From Ancylonema sp. (lineage: Eukaryota), in contig JBFLGF010000096.1 of NCBI GenBank assembly GCA_050230475.1, positions 1-64,000 of the forward strand: a DNA stretch of 64,000 nucleotides. The letters are read 5' to 3'. A program made the translations under genes and the position numbers. This document shows positions 1 through 17,726 of the stretch, piece by piece. The notes under the pieces were generated by a model that was not told where the DNA came from, ran no database searches, and saw only the letters and a list, made by a program, of their open reading frames with translations. How positions within the stretch are numbered: the first letter of the stretch is position 1; each line of letters opens with the position of its first letter.

Positions 1-119
1 TATTGCTTCAAATAACCGAAAAAGGATTGTCGTTAGCTCTACTTTCATATTTTCAATGGCAAATCATTGTATGAAGACAACACAATGCCACAATAATTGT
101 TCCCGGACAGATAGATGCC

Positions 120-285
120 TATGTATCTGTATATATACGTATATGTATATGCACAAATCCTTCTATATGTACATGTATATGTACATGTCTGGGTATATAT
201 ATTTGTTCATGTATATGTACATGTATACATGTACATGTCTATATAGATGTACATGTATATGCATAATCATAACTATACGTATGCG
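120..285. repeat. AT-rich degenerate (TA/TACA/TGTA) microsatellite in a RECQ4 intron
   Basis: Runs such as atgtacatgtatatgtacatg. Confidence 0.8.
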
Positions 286-397
286 CCTATCTGCATCTGA
301 TAAATTGGAACTCCAACACTTTTTTCTAGACCTGTAGTGAACTCGGGCCTTCTGCAAACGTAATTAAAAGACTCCCTTTCCTCCGTCCCCTCCTCAC

Positions 398-6750
<6,353 letters not shown>

Positions 6751-7612
6751 TCCTGTATAAGACACAGCCACAATGGATACATGTGAGCGTTGCGCGAGTG
6801 GGAGAAGGGCTTTCTGCGTTGAGAGTGCGGAATCATCGCCATATTGTGCAGATCTGACCTCATGAGTGAACTGACTCCTGTTGGCCGAGCTGACTCTACA
6901 GCTTTCTGCGTTGCAATCAGACTTCATGCCGGCTGGTATCGCAAATCTAGCGGTTGGCTTGATGTGACGACTTCATCGCAAACCTCTCATCTCGAGTAGC
7001 ACAAGTTGAAGTACGAGGACACTGCATGTGGAGAGGATAAGTTGAACGTTATCTCATATTGTGCATAATAGTATTGGCCCCTTGATGCATGACGAGAAAC
7101 TTTAATTATTAGTATCAATGTGCCTGCACTTCTCTGGCCCCAATACGGGAGGATCATTCAAGGTGAAAAAACGAATCCGTCAAATGCCAATATCTCACTA
7201 TCTTTACAAAGAATGATGGCGCAAGCTTGCATGACAAACCCACTGCAGCTTACGAATTAGGTCTGATGTCACATCGACGTAAGATTTTTCCGGGCACGCC
7301 CACGTCAAACTTCAGGCATTAGCAAAGTGATGGATGGTTACTCTTTCTTGTTCCAGGCAAGTTTCGAATCAGCGCACTATCTTGGCGCCAAAATTTCGTG
7401 GAAGGTAGCTACCAAATTGTGATCAGTATTAATTAAGACAGGTTTATTTGTGCAGGAAAGTCCAACGCCTCCCTGCGTGGCACGTGGTACGTTTGTCCCT
7501 TACACACGCGCGCGCGCACGCGTGCGTGCTTGCCGTTGAGTTGGTCCCCGCATGTCATCATTCATGCAACGTGGGTGATTACGGACCTGAGATTGCGGCC
7601 TATAGCTCCGTA

Positions 7613-8227
7613 CAGTGCTCCCTCGATACAACGACCTTCGATATAACGACAACCTCGATATGGCGACAGTTTTCAGTTTTTTTTTTTTTAAATCAATATG
7701 AAATCGCCCTCGATATGAGCATAACGACACTCCGTATAATGACAAATTATTTCAGAAATTTGTTACTGAATGTCGTTATACTGTGTATACAACGATATTG
7801 CTCGCAGATACCGATGTATGAAAATCGAGAAAAATATAGAACGGCACCTCAAATTCTTATATAGAATTCTATGTAGGTCCAATAGAATGCGCGTGTCCGG
7901 TGTTGCTTTGTAACGACCTTAATACCTCTCCTCGTAAATTTTTGTGGTATATTTTGTCCATCCGCATGTATTGGTATCATGACGCACTTGTTTAGCTCGT
8001 ATATCAATACACAGGCTGAATTTAATAATCATGCCAAGGCAACTTACTCTAGGAAACACATAATAAACACATTTGCTTATTCACTTTGCTTCATTCGCAA
8101 AGTCCCTCGATACAACGACATAGATTTCAGATTATAGTAGTAAATGTCGTTATACAGTGTATAACGACACCTCGATATAACGACACTTTTATGGAAAAAA
8201 AATTGTCGTTACATCGAGGGAGCACCG
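7613..8227. mobile_element. pogo/Tigger-like (Tc1/mariner superfamily) MITE
   Basis: TIRs cagtgctccctcgatacaacgac / gtcgttacatcgagggagcaccg; TA on both sides (7611-7612, 8228-8229); internal ctcgatataacgac repeats. Confidence 0.85.
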
Positions 8228-8247
8228 TAGCTGTAGTTAGCATAGAG

Positions 8248-10177
8248 TAGGGATGGGGCCCAACCCGCAACTCCACCCAACCCCGCAACTCCGTTCGGGT
8301 TGCGCAACTCTTGCCCGCGAGCAAGCCAAACCCACCCAACCCAAAGTGCAACACGGAGTTGCGAGTTGCGTGGAGTTGCGGGGTTGCGTCGGGGTTGCTT
8401 GTTGCTTTTTGGGGTTGCGTGTTGCATTTTGGGGTTGCGTGGGGTTGCGAAAAATAATAAAACAGTGAATTTATCGATCTCATCATAGGATCGATATCTC
8501 GATTTTTGGTTCAGATTATTCGTCATGGATTTCCCTCATCTTTGAAGGGACGACGCTTCTTCAGAGTTCCACATATAGCACTCAAATATGCTCACCAGTG
8601 AACAATTTTTATAATAAAACTTGTCTTAGTGAACGATTTGTACCGTAAAACTTGTCTTAATTGATATTGTCGGGACCGGGAAAAATGATGAATTAGTACA
8701 GGTTATTAATTAGCACGTTAGATTCGGGGTGATAATCCGAAATCGGGCTGAAATTTTCCTATTAGTTAAGATAGGTTACTATTTAGCACAATATTAATTA
8801 GGACACGTCTCACAGTAGTGTGGGGAGGGAGCCATGGCCGACGAAAGTAGCGGAGGTAGAGCTCCAGAGAGCTCCGATTGAGGCTTTGGTAACTCACGTA
8901 GATATAGGTCCCCGACGGTATTTCCTGTGGGAGAACAGGTCTGCAGCCAGTTTGTACACGTTTTGGTCAAGTGGGGGGTACATTTCGTACAGCGTCCTAG
9001 TGGCGGCGGAAAAACAAACAAAAAAGCAAACAAAGCGTGGGGCTTTGTCCAAAGCCCGGGGTTGGAGCGAATAGTGTGATGAAGATGAGGATGTACCGAC
9101 GGGCTCAACGAAGGTCACTCTTGAGTCCTTCTTTGGCAACTTGAAGATGCTGTCCATTAGCATTGCTGACCTCCTTGCCTACAATTGTTGGGATAGTTGA
9201 TAGTAGAACCTTGTTATACATGTGCCACCATAGGGTAGTAGAAAATTTATGATTCCAGACTAGTCATCGTTTACGCTTCGAGTTATGGCTGCGGCACTTT
9301 TATTTATGACAATTTTGGTATGAATTACAATAATTTGTTAAATGTGTCGGTCCGAATCCAGTACCTGTAATGTTCGTTGCTAAACATTTATGTGCATTCT
9401 CTCACACCCACCGAAAATCATTACTCACACCATGGCCCCAAGTATTGATTATTTTTTGTCGTTCTACTCCAAAGCGTTGCAGTGGTGTGACAGTCCCATA
9501 AAATGGTAATATTATGAATTAGTACGTTAACTTTACAATACAAGGTTATATGTAACGAACGACAGACTGTTATTTAATCCTTCAAAATAGTGAAGAAATG
9601 GGAATTGTTGTTGCGGAGCAACACGTATACGGAGTAACACGAGTTGAACGATTCAAAAGGTTTGAATTAAGATAATGGAAAAATATACAACCGTTCGTTG
9701 CATTATGGATGAAGACATTTTCAAGTAAAGAAAACCAACTATTCAATCAAAGCCGAAAATTGACTTCAAAGGCATAAAGAATCGACATGCAAAAGAAAAA
9801 CAAGTAATGTTTATAGTGAGATTATTGAACTACCTTCCAATGATTGTATATTTCTCATGTGCAGTGCGTACTAATAAGAACGCTCAACGCGCATGACATG
9901 TATCATAAATTTGTTTCCAAACTCGCATTGCATCATTTGGGGGTGAAAAGTTTTCACCCCCAGAAAAAGAATTTTCACTGAAAACCCTTTTTCTGGTGGT
10001 TTTTTGGGGTTGCGTGTTGCTTTTCGGGGTTGCGTGTTGCTTTTCGGGGTTGCGTGTTGCTTTTTGCGGTCGCGTGTTGCTACTTGGGGTTGCGTGGGGT
10101 GGGGTGAGGTTGCGTGGGGTTGCGAAAAAAACAACAACACGCACCCCAAAGGGGTTCGGGGTTGCGCCCCATCCCTA
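8248..10177. mobile_element. Non-autonomous hAT element, family A copy 1
   Basis: TIRs tagggatggggc(c/g)caaccc, similar to the Ac TAGGGATG terminus; perfect 8-bp TSD gcatagag (8240-8247, 10178-10185); subterminal gggttgcgtg repeats; colinear with 48972-50690. Confidence 0.92.
8643..8815. mobile_element. Small TA-flanked MITE nested in hAT copy 1
   Basis: ~28-bp imperfect TIRs ccgtaaaacttgtcttaattgatattgt / acaatattaattaggacacgtctcacag with TA TSD. The sister copy has the empty site gatttgtagtgtgggga at ~49354-49370. A related internal fragment is at ~34250-34330. Confidence 0.85.
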
Positions 10178-10525
10178 GCATAGAGGGTGTGGGGAGCCCG
10201 GAGCCCAATGAGCTCTGAGCCCACAAGATCTGGGCTCATTGAGCCCGTTGGAATAATGTTGGACGAGACCGAACCTGAACCCGATGTCTCAAATACGAGC
10301 GGGAATTTTGTCTTTCAACGTTGAGCTACTGAAAACTGAGTTTTTCCCTTGTCTCGTCTCCCTTTTCTCTCTCGCCACAACATACTTCGTCTAACGCAAC
10401 TGAACTACTGCGGCCAATCCACGTCACCAGCTTCTTGACATTGGATTGCGCAAGTTTCCCTCGTAACTTTTCGTTTTTTTGTTCAGTGTCAAGGGCTATT
10501 TTCCTTATACTAGCTGAATCCTACA

Positions 10526-12402
10526 ATGGAGTTCTGGGGTAAGTTCATTTTGAGCTCACTACGTTTTTTTTTTTTTGGGGTGTCGGGATTTTTAAAACTT
10601 GAGTGTCATGCAGTACGACAAAATCTACGTCCTTGGTTTTACGACCTGCACATTCGAACATGAGAAATCTAAAGAAAACTGTTTTCTGTTTTTCAGGCCT
10701 GGAAGTCCCCTCCGGAAAAGGAAAGGAAATTATCCCTCAAAACTTGGATCATAATTACATCCATGTCTCTCAGGTAAGCTCGCTCGCTGGTTAGTAAAGT
10801 TTACCGACGGGTCCCATGAGCACGACGGGTCCCCGGCGGGTCCATCGTTGTAATGTGCACACATTGAGAACATTGAAACACATACAACCGCTGGAAGCGA
10901 AGTCTCTGCATTCCGTGATCATGAAGAATCATCATGCAAGTGATCATGAATTTTTTTTATTATTTTTTTTCTTTTTTGTCTTTTGCACTGGCCCAGTAAA
11001 GGGGCACTATCCAATTATGTTTGGCCCCTTTTCAACTCGTGGAAAGTTGTCCATATAGTGCATGCTTTGACGAGGAGCATTCATGGACTGATTGCATATC
11101 TGGATTTGCCTTCTTTAAACAGGTCGCTTTAGGGAAGAACGCAAAAGAAAATGAGCGCTATGTCCTTCAGATTTCGACAGGGGCAGTGAAGAACCTTGTC
11201 CTAGGAACCCTCGTGAAAAATCGTTGCGACCAGATTCATTTGGATCTTGTTTTCGCTGATACCTTCGAGCTGTCACACACTGGGAGCGGCAGCGTCTACT
11301 TTGCTGGTTATGGAACAAAGTATGCGATAGAAGAATATCCAAACAAGTCCATCCGTTCAAAACGATTGTCTGCTTGTCTCAATCGATTGACTTTCGTTCT
11401 GCCATTCTGGGATGTCGCATGAGGCACTTGGACGAAAAAATATTTGAATAAACTGCAGCAGCAGTAGCTGCGCAGCTGCTTTTCAAGACAGTATGATACC
11501 ATCAATGTTGGACTTTCCGTTCTTATGGAATGAACTCCTTGACTGCTGATTACTTATTCGGATGAGACTGACGAAGAAGCTGGCGACGAAGACGAGGAGG
11601 AAGACGATGAAGAGGAGGAGACAGTGGCAGCTGCATTGCGTAAGCATCCCAGAAAGAGGACCCTCAGCAGCATTCTTACCTAGAACTCAGATACGCAGAA
11701 GGTTTCTGAAATTGAAAGTCCATCAATGCAGTCTGCTTACTTCCTGAGTGCACCAGTTGCCAGAACGATAGCGAGATGAGCATTGTGCAGTTTCGGTTCA
11801 TGGATTCTCACCCGGCTAACCGGGATAACTGTTGCCCCGCTGGCATTCATCCAAAGTTTCCGATAAAATTGTTTGACTTCGTGGGGATGTGCGTAAGTTA
11901 CTTAATTGGTATCCTTCATTTTGTTATTATGGTCTTGATCCTAGTCTTTAGGGTTGTATCTCAAATGGGTACTGACTCTCGGGTTGGGACTGGCCGTGTG
12001 GAGACTCTGATGGTTAGGTGATACTGACGTGTCATCTGTGTCTCTTTCTTGACATTATTTATTCCAGCCGGACCAGTCCAGGCCACCGCGTCTGCAAAGA
12101 AAGGAAAGGGGAAAGAGGTGGAGCAGAAAGAAGTCAAGGTATGTCTCTAATAACATGTGTCCAGCTGCAAGGGCTCGATTGTCTGTTGAGGAAAAGCAAG
12201 TGCTCTTGGAGGAGAGTATGGAGTGTCCTATATATGTCTGTTCAAATTTGTGTCTATATGCGTCCATTATATATATATATGTACTTCTCTAATGCGTATT
12301 TTGGGCTAAGTATATACATATGTAATATATATACATATATACTTCTATACATAGATATATCGATGTGTCTCTATATATATATAGATATATAGATGTGTCT
12401 AC

Positions 12403-12493
<91 letters not shown>

Positions 12494-13648
12494 AATATAT
12501 ATATATATATGTATATGTATATATATATACATATATATATATGTATATAGGTATATGTTTATAAGTGTATGTGTATATGTGTAAGATACATATTTACGTG
12601 CATGTTTATGTATATATAAACATATGTATCTATGTACATATTTATACACATATGTGTAATTTTATATGTATATGTATATCTTTATGTATAACTGTGTATT
12701 TATATATGTAGAGTTGTAATACGTTCATATACTCCTACACATACACAAGTACGTATGTACTATCTGGAGTGGGCTTGGTTGTGGAGTTGTTGATGTACGC
12801 TAAAAAAACAAGTGCCAGAGTTCTTTTCGCATGCATAACTTGTGAAAGAAATGCAGACTGGATATGATTTGTTTGGCAAATGAATTATAATATCAGATTG
12901 TCATATTATCATGATATCATAATGTAAGAGTATCTCAAAGTCATGATTTCAAGGAACCAAAACATCCGAATCTAATAATATCATCAGATCGTACCATATA
13001 ATATCATAACATCACACTGATGTAGTTTCACTATTTCGCCTCATCTATCTGTTGCTGTGGAGGTCGTGGTAGGAATCAAAGTGCATCCCAAAGAGGGTAG
13101 AGAGAGAAAGGAGATGGTTTCCTCCCATCTTATTTATCTCATGTATCCTACTCTCCCACATGGACTGTTTTCTTCCACCAGGCTTCGAAAGCACAGGGGA
13201 AAACTCCGAACGTTGACGAGGAAATGGGAGGGGAGGATGACGATAACGAGAATAAGGGTGGCGTGAAGGAAACGCTATCGGTGAGAGGCCTTAAAAGGGC
13301 ACTGTCAGTAAACTCTGCAGAATTTGAGGCCCATCAGGCACCCTGAAGCAAACCTGTGGTAAACCTGTGCTAAAGTTTGCATACAGGGCCATCTAAATTG
13401 TGGTATTGTGGTAACCCAGCCTGGAAAGTCCACTTAGCAAGCCCTGAAAATGAAGTAGCTCAGACCACTACGAATGGTAGTCTGGTAGGAAAAGTGTTGG
13501 GGCTTTGTTGCAGTCCCTGTTTGCGGGCAGTTCTGACATCTTCGAGGTACAAAACACGTGCGCAATCTCTCAACTCGTGTCGCCATCCCCCGACCCGTCC
13601 CTCACGCTTAGCTGTGGCAGTTCCCAATCCATATCTCTATCTTTCTAC

Positions 13649-13687
<39 letters not shown>

Positions 13688-14967
13688 CCTCTCACTCCCT
13701 CCCTCACGTGCTTTCACTCCCTATCCCTGCTGTCAGGCCTTGGCAACCGCCCGCAAGAGGGTGTCAGAGGCCATGAAGGAAGACCCTGCCAGCCAGCCCC
13801 TGCCAGCCAAGAAGGCGAAGGCAGACAAGACAGGGACACCAACACCAGGTAGGGAGCGAAAGAGAAGCAGAACTAGGAAGGGAAGCATAACTCACTAAAA
13901 AAAACCCGAAGTCAGTGTCAGTGGGTGAAATGAGTGAAACAGCAAGCTGAGGTGGCGCTGTATTGGCCGTTGGATCCTGGGGGGCAGATCCCCTGGAGTT
14001 CTGGGAAAGGCTAAAGGGACACAAAGCAGGTAGAGGAGGGGTAGGACGGAAGTTGTGTAACCTGGTAGGAAACGCAGAGGATGGTAGGAGGGAGAGCAGA
14101 AGGCAGCGCTAGTTTGAGGTGTTAGGTTTAGGGTTGTTTAGGGTTTTAGGGTTTCTGGGTTTGTAGGGCTTGAGGAAATTTAGGGGTTTTGGGGGTTTTA
14201 AGGCTTGTAGGATGTTACGACTACCTGCTGGACTTCTTCTGGATTCTTGAGGGCTAGAAACTGGAAGTGGAGGGGAAGTGGAATGGAAGTGAAGTGAAGA
14301 TAGTGAAGTGAGAAACTCAGTTTTGTAGAGAGGTCAAACTGGGGACGGAAGGAAAACTAAAGGGGGCAGAGATATAGATGAATGCAAGAATCAGCAGATC
14401 CAGTCCATTTTGATGTGCCGAACAGATTTCCCTCTTCAGAGGGGATGATGATGGGATGATGATGGGATGATGAGGGATGATGATGGGATGATGATGGGAT
14501 GATGATGGGATGATGAGGGGATGATGATGGGATGATGATGGGATGATGAGTGTAGTGGAGGCAAGTGATTGTCTTCTAACACAAGGCGATGTTTTTGGTG
14601 GTGGTGGTCCTGAGTACCTCCTTCCTCTAACTGCGTTGGTAGTGTTGCCACCTGTCCCCTACCCAGCCCCCGCCTCCACCTCCACCCCCTCTACTAGCGG
14701 GAAGAAGGCGACCACAGCAACCACAGCAGCAGCACCAGAGGCCACGGCAAAAACGCCAAAAGCAGAAACGAAGGTAGGGGGTCGTGGACGAAGAAGATGG
14801 GAATTTTCCGCTGCCCTCTCCCCCTCTTTCTCTCTCTATTTGCTCTGCGTGTCTCTTTTTTTCCTCACACTTCCTCCTCCCACTTTGCAGCCTCCGACTC
14901 CCAAGGCGGGGGCTGCTCCTGCTTCCGGGAAGAAGTTGAGTGGGTTCAGCTGCACGCCCTGTGCAAA
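10526..14967 (+). CDS. HDT: HD2-type (HD-tuin) plant-specific histone deacetylase / nucleoplasmin-like protein; terminal exon not identified
   Basis: Starts MEFWG. Exons 10526-10538, 10697-10773, 11123-11334, 11554-11639, 12068-12138, 13182-13280, 13737-13848, 14667-14773, 14891-14967, all phases consistent. NPL-fold motifs [37 protein letters not shown]; acidic tract; K-rich PAKKAK; first half of a C2H2 finger (FSCTPCAK). Confidence 0.92.
11335..11553 (+). other. U12-type (minor spliceosome) AT-AC intron in the HD2 gene
   Basis: 5' ATATCCAA; branch site TCCTTGAC at 11536-11543, 10 nt before terminal TAC. Removal gives in-frame [26 protein letters not shown]. Confidence 0.88.
12265..12720. 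repeat. Long (TA)n / TA-rich microsatellite in an HD2 intron
   Basis: Near-pure TA run at ~12404-12548 with degenerate flanks. Confidence 0.95.
13631..13688. repeat. (TATC)n microsatellite
   Basis: ctatctatctatctatc... in an HD2 intron. Confidence 0.9.
14442..14549. repeat. (GGGATGATGAT)n minisatellite
   Basis: About 9-10 copies of an 11-nt unit in an HD2 intron. Confidence 0.9.
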
Positions 14968-15842
14968 GTGAGTGACTACCAACCCCAAACCACATCCAGG
15001 CAGTCATTGTAGGGGGCACGACTCACAGCATACTTATGGGGGGTTCTGGGGGTTTTGGGGTTTGAGTGGGTTCTGAGGAGATGAGTTTTGGATGGCTATC
15101 GTATGACTGTCCCAGTTGCTACCACTGAACACGGTTGCTCTTTCATTGTACCGCTGGCAGTCATGCGGTAGGCAGAGTCAGGAGTGGAATAGAATCAGTA
15201 CGGTTCAAAGGCTGGAATGGCACTGCGAGCCAGGTGGTTTCGTCTTCAGTTTTTGGACCTGTAGAGCTGGCGGGGTCTGTTTGGGTCGAACTGGGAGTGG
15301 AGGGAAGAGGTGCAATGATTACAAATTATATCTCGTTAACCTGAGAGCCCATAGGGCATGATGAGAAACAAAAATCCATTTACGAATGAGCACCTCGTCG
15401 TCTCCACCCCAGGTCCCCAGTTCCCCAGTTCCCAGTTCCGCGCATTTGTGTGTTATGAGAAATTTTTCATATTGCTGATGATAATTGATTGTGTGTTGGG
15501 TGCAGGAGTTTTCAAAACGAGACGGCCTTGGCCCAACACACCAAGTCAAAACACGGAGCTTCTTGACACTTCAAAATCAACTTGTTGTAAATTCGAAGTT
15601 TCGTCTTGTTCATTTCAAAAATAACAAAATCAATTTTGACCGTCTTGACTTTTGAAACCCAGCTTATACACATTCCTACCGAGTGTTGCCTCTTTTTGGC
15701 CTCTTTTTTCCACCAAATGTGTGTGTTTCTTGATTCGTTATAATTTAGAGGTGCCTACTTATGTCACACAAGGGCCTATTATTGGTGCTCTCTGAATGAT
15801 GGGACACATTTTCAGCGGTTAACAAATGTCAATAACCAAAAG

Positions 15843-16049
15843 CATAGTTGCGTCCCGGACCGTCCGGGGATCTCCGGACGCGTCCGGAACGCGTCCGGGC
15901 CCGGACGCCAGAGCCGAAATCTGATATTCACATATCTGAAACCCCCATATTTGTGTAACTGCAGGTTGATTTTTTTTTCTATTTTTTTGCATCTGAGTTG
16001 CGTCCCAGACCGTCCGGGGATCCCCGGACGCGTCCGGGACGCAACTATG
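15843..16049. mobile_element. hAT-type MITE, family B copy 1
   Basis: TIRs catagttgcgtcccggac / gtccgggacgcaactatg; TSD accaaaag / accaatag (7/8). Confidence 0.88.
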
Positions 16050-16324
16050 ACCAATAGTAGGGGGTTAAATTTTGAATTCTGCATCTAGGGATGGGGATCT
16101 GATCTTCTTTTCCTCGTGAAAGTTCTCCTCTGGAACACCAAAAAAATTAACTTTTCTGTAAACATAGTAAACTTGTTGTAAGAAACATCCTAGTATTTTT
16201 ATTGGATTCTTCTGCCGGTCAAGTCACCCCCAATATGATATAAAAAAATTATTTCATGGAAAAAAGTTTTACATAATACTATCATTGATTAGTACACTTC
16301 CGTCAATGTTATGACTCTTGGTAG

Positions 16325-17078
16325 CACAGTGGGTCCTGTTCTGCTCGCGGAATGTGCGAGCCCGGATCTGAGCCGGCGCGCAAGCGAGCCGGTTCCGAGC
16401 CGGCGCGCGTCCGCGACCCGCCTAACAAAAACGACATATCGAATTGCGAATAAGTACAAATCCATCTCCGCCAAGCAGATAGTAACTAGTTACCGTTACT
16501 TTGGGCAGTACGTCCCGAACAAAGTAACCATATTCTGATGGTTACTGGAGAGATTCTGTCCGTCGGATCATGATTTTTTTTTGGCAACTGAAGGATTCTG
16601 TACCGAATCTTGAAGATTTTCTGACATTCCGGGAATCGGACGACATCTGGGGGAGGGACGGGGCGGTGAACAACGCTCACCCGTCAGATGCGGGATTTCT
16701 TCAAAAAACTGACAGATTTTGTGGCACAAACGACAGGTTGAATCTATGAGCGTCACACATTACGATGGAACGGGAGGACAACGATGGTACGGAAAAGTAA
16801 GGGAACGGGATACGTGCTAAACGACAGAATTGTAGCTTGCAAACGACAAGGGGGAATTGTGAAATTGGACGGGATAATGACGGGATACAAGGTGTTATGA
16901 AACAATACTACGCAAGCATAATAGTCCACCGCGTAGCGGGGGACGGGGCTACCATATGTTTTTTTCCTGTGGGTCTTGCTCCGCGCGCGGATTTTTCGAG
17001 CCCGGCTCCGAGCCAGCGCGCGCGCGCGCTTCGGCTCTGAACCGGCGCGCATATTTTCCAGCTCGGGGACCCACTATG
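16325..17078. mobile_element. hAT-type MITE, family C
   Basis: TIRs cacagtgggtcc / ggacccactatg; perfect 8-bp TSD cttggtag; GC-rich subterminal gagccggcgcgc repeats. Confidence 0.88.
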
Positions 17079-17492
17079 CTTGGTAGTATGGCACTCTCGA
17101 TCTAACGACCATTTTAAATTGATACAGGAAATATACTTCGGAATACAAGTGTAACGGCACTCCATCTGTGTTCGCTCACGTGCGGGGCTTATTGCTTCCT
17201 TCTCCCCCCTCAGCCAATGTCATTGAGGTATTTAGACACTCTCCGGCCCCAAATGTTGCGGACGTGGTCGCTAGCGGACATCTTTCGGACCCGTCCGTAG
17301 ATTCTCAGCAAACGTCCGGGTACATAGTTACATTTGACGGGTTTTAATGTGTGCTACTTCCAGAGCGCAATGGCTATTGCTTTCATGATTGAGCAAATAA
17401 TGGCTCACTACGAGCAACTTGTAGTAAATGAGACTCTACCCATCACTTCTCTCCAGCTAAGATTATAGAGACACAAGGTTTAGACTCTAAGG

Positions 17493-17726
17493 CATAGTTG
17501 CGTCCCGGACCGTCCGGGGATCTCCGGACGCGTCCGGGACGCGTCTGGGCCCAGACGCCTCAGCCAAAATTTGATATCCGTATTTTTGGAACCCCCATAT
17601 TTGAGTGACTCCAGAATGGAAACCTTTTTTTTTTTTTTGGCATCTTAGTTGCGTGCCGGACCGTTGGGGGATCTCCGGACGCGTCCCGGACGCGTCCGGG
17701 ATCCCCACGTCCGGGACGCAACTATG
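17493..17726. mobile_element. hAT-type MITE, family B copy 2
   Basis: Same TIRs and internal sequence as 15843-16049; no flush TSD. Confidence 0.82.

Noticed and set aside
8127..8526. HATP/VAC-rich ORFs (also 9871-10239, 48898-49328, 50389-50691, 33164-33985)
   Set aside because: Produced by subterminal repeats of hAT elements; not protein-like.
8820..9163. Possible hAT transposase C-terminal remnant in family A (YKLAADLF...LPTLQIV..LSATC)
   Set aside because: Similarity is too weak to assert without a profile search.
12365..12649. YI-rich ORFs (also 56-357)
   Set aside because: Translations of TA microsatellites.
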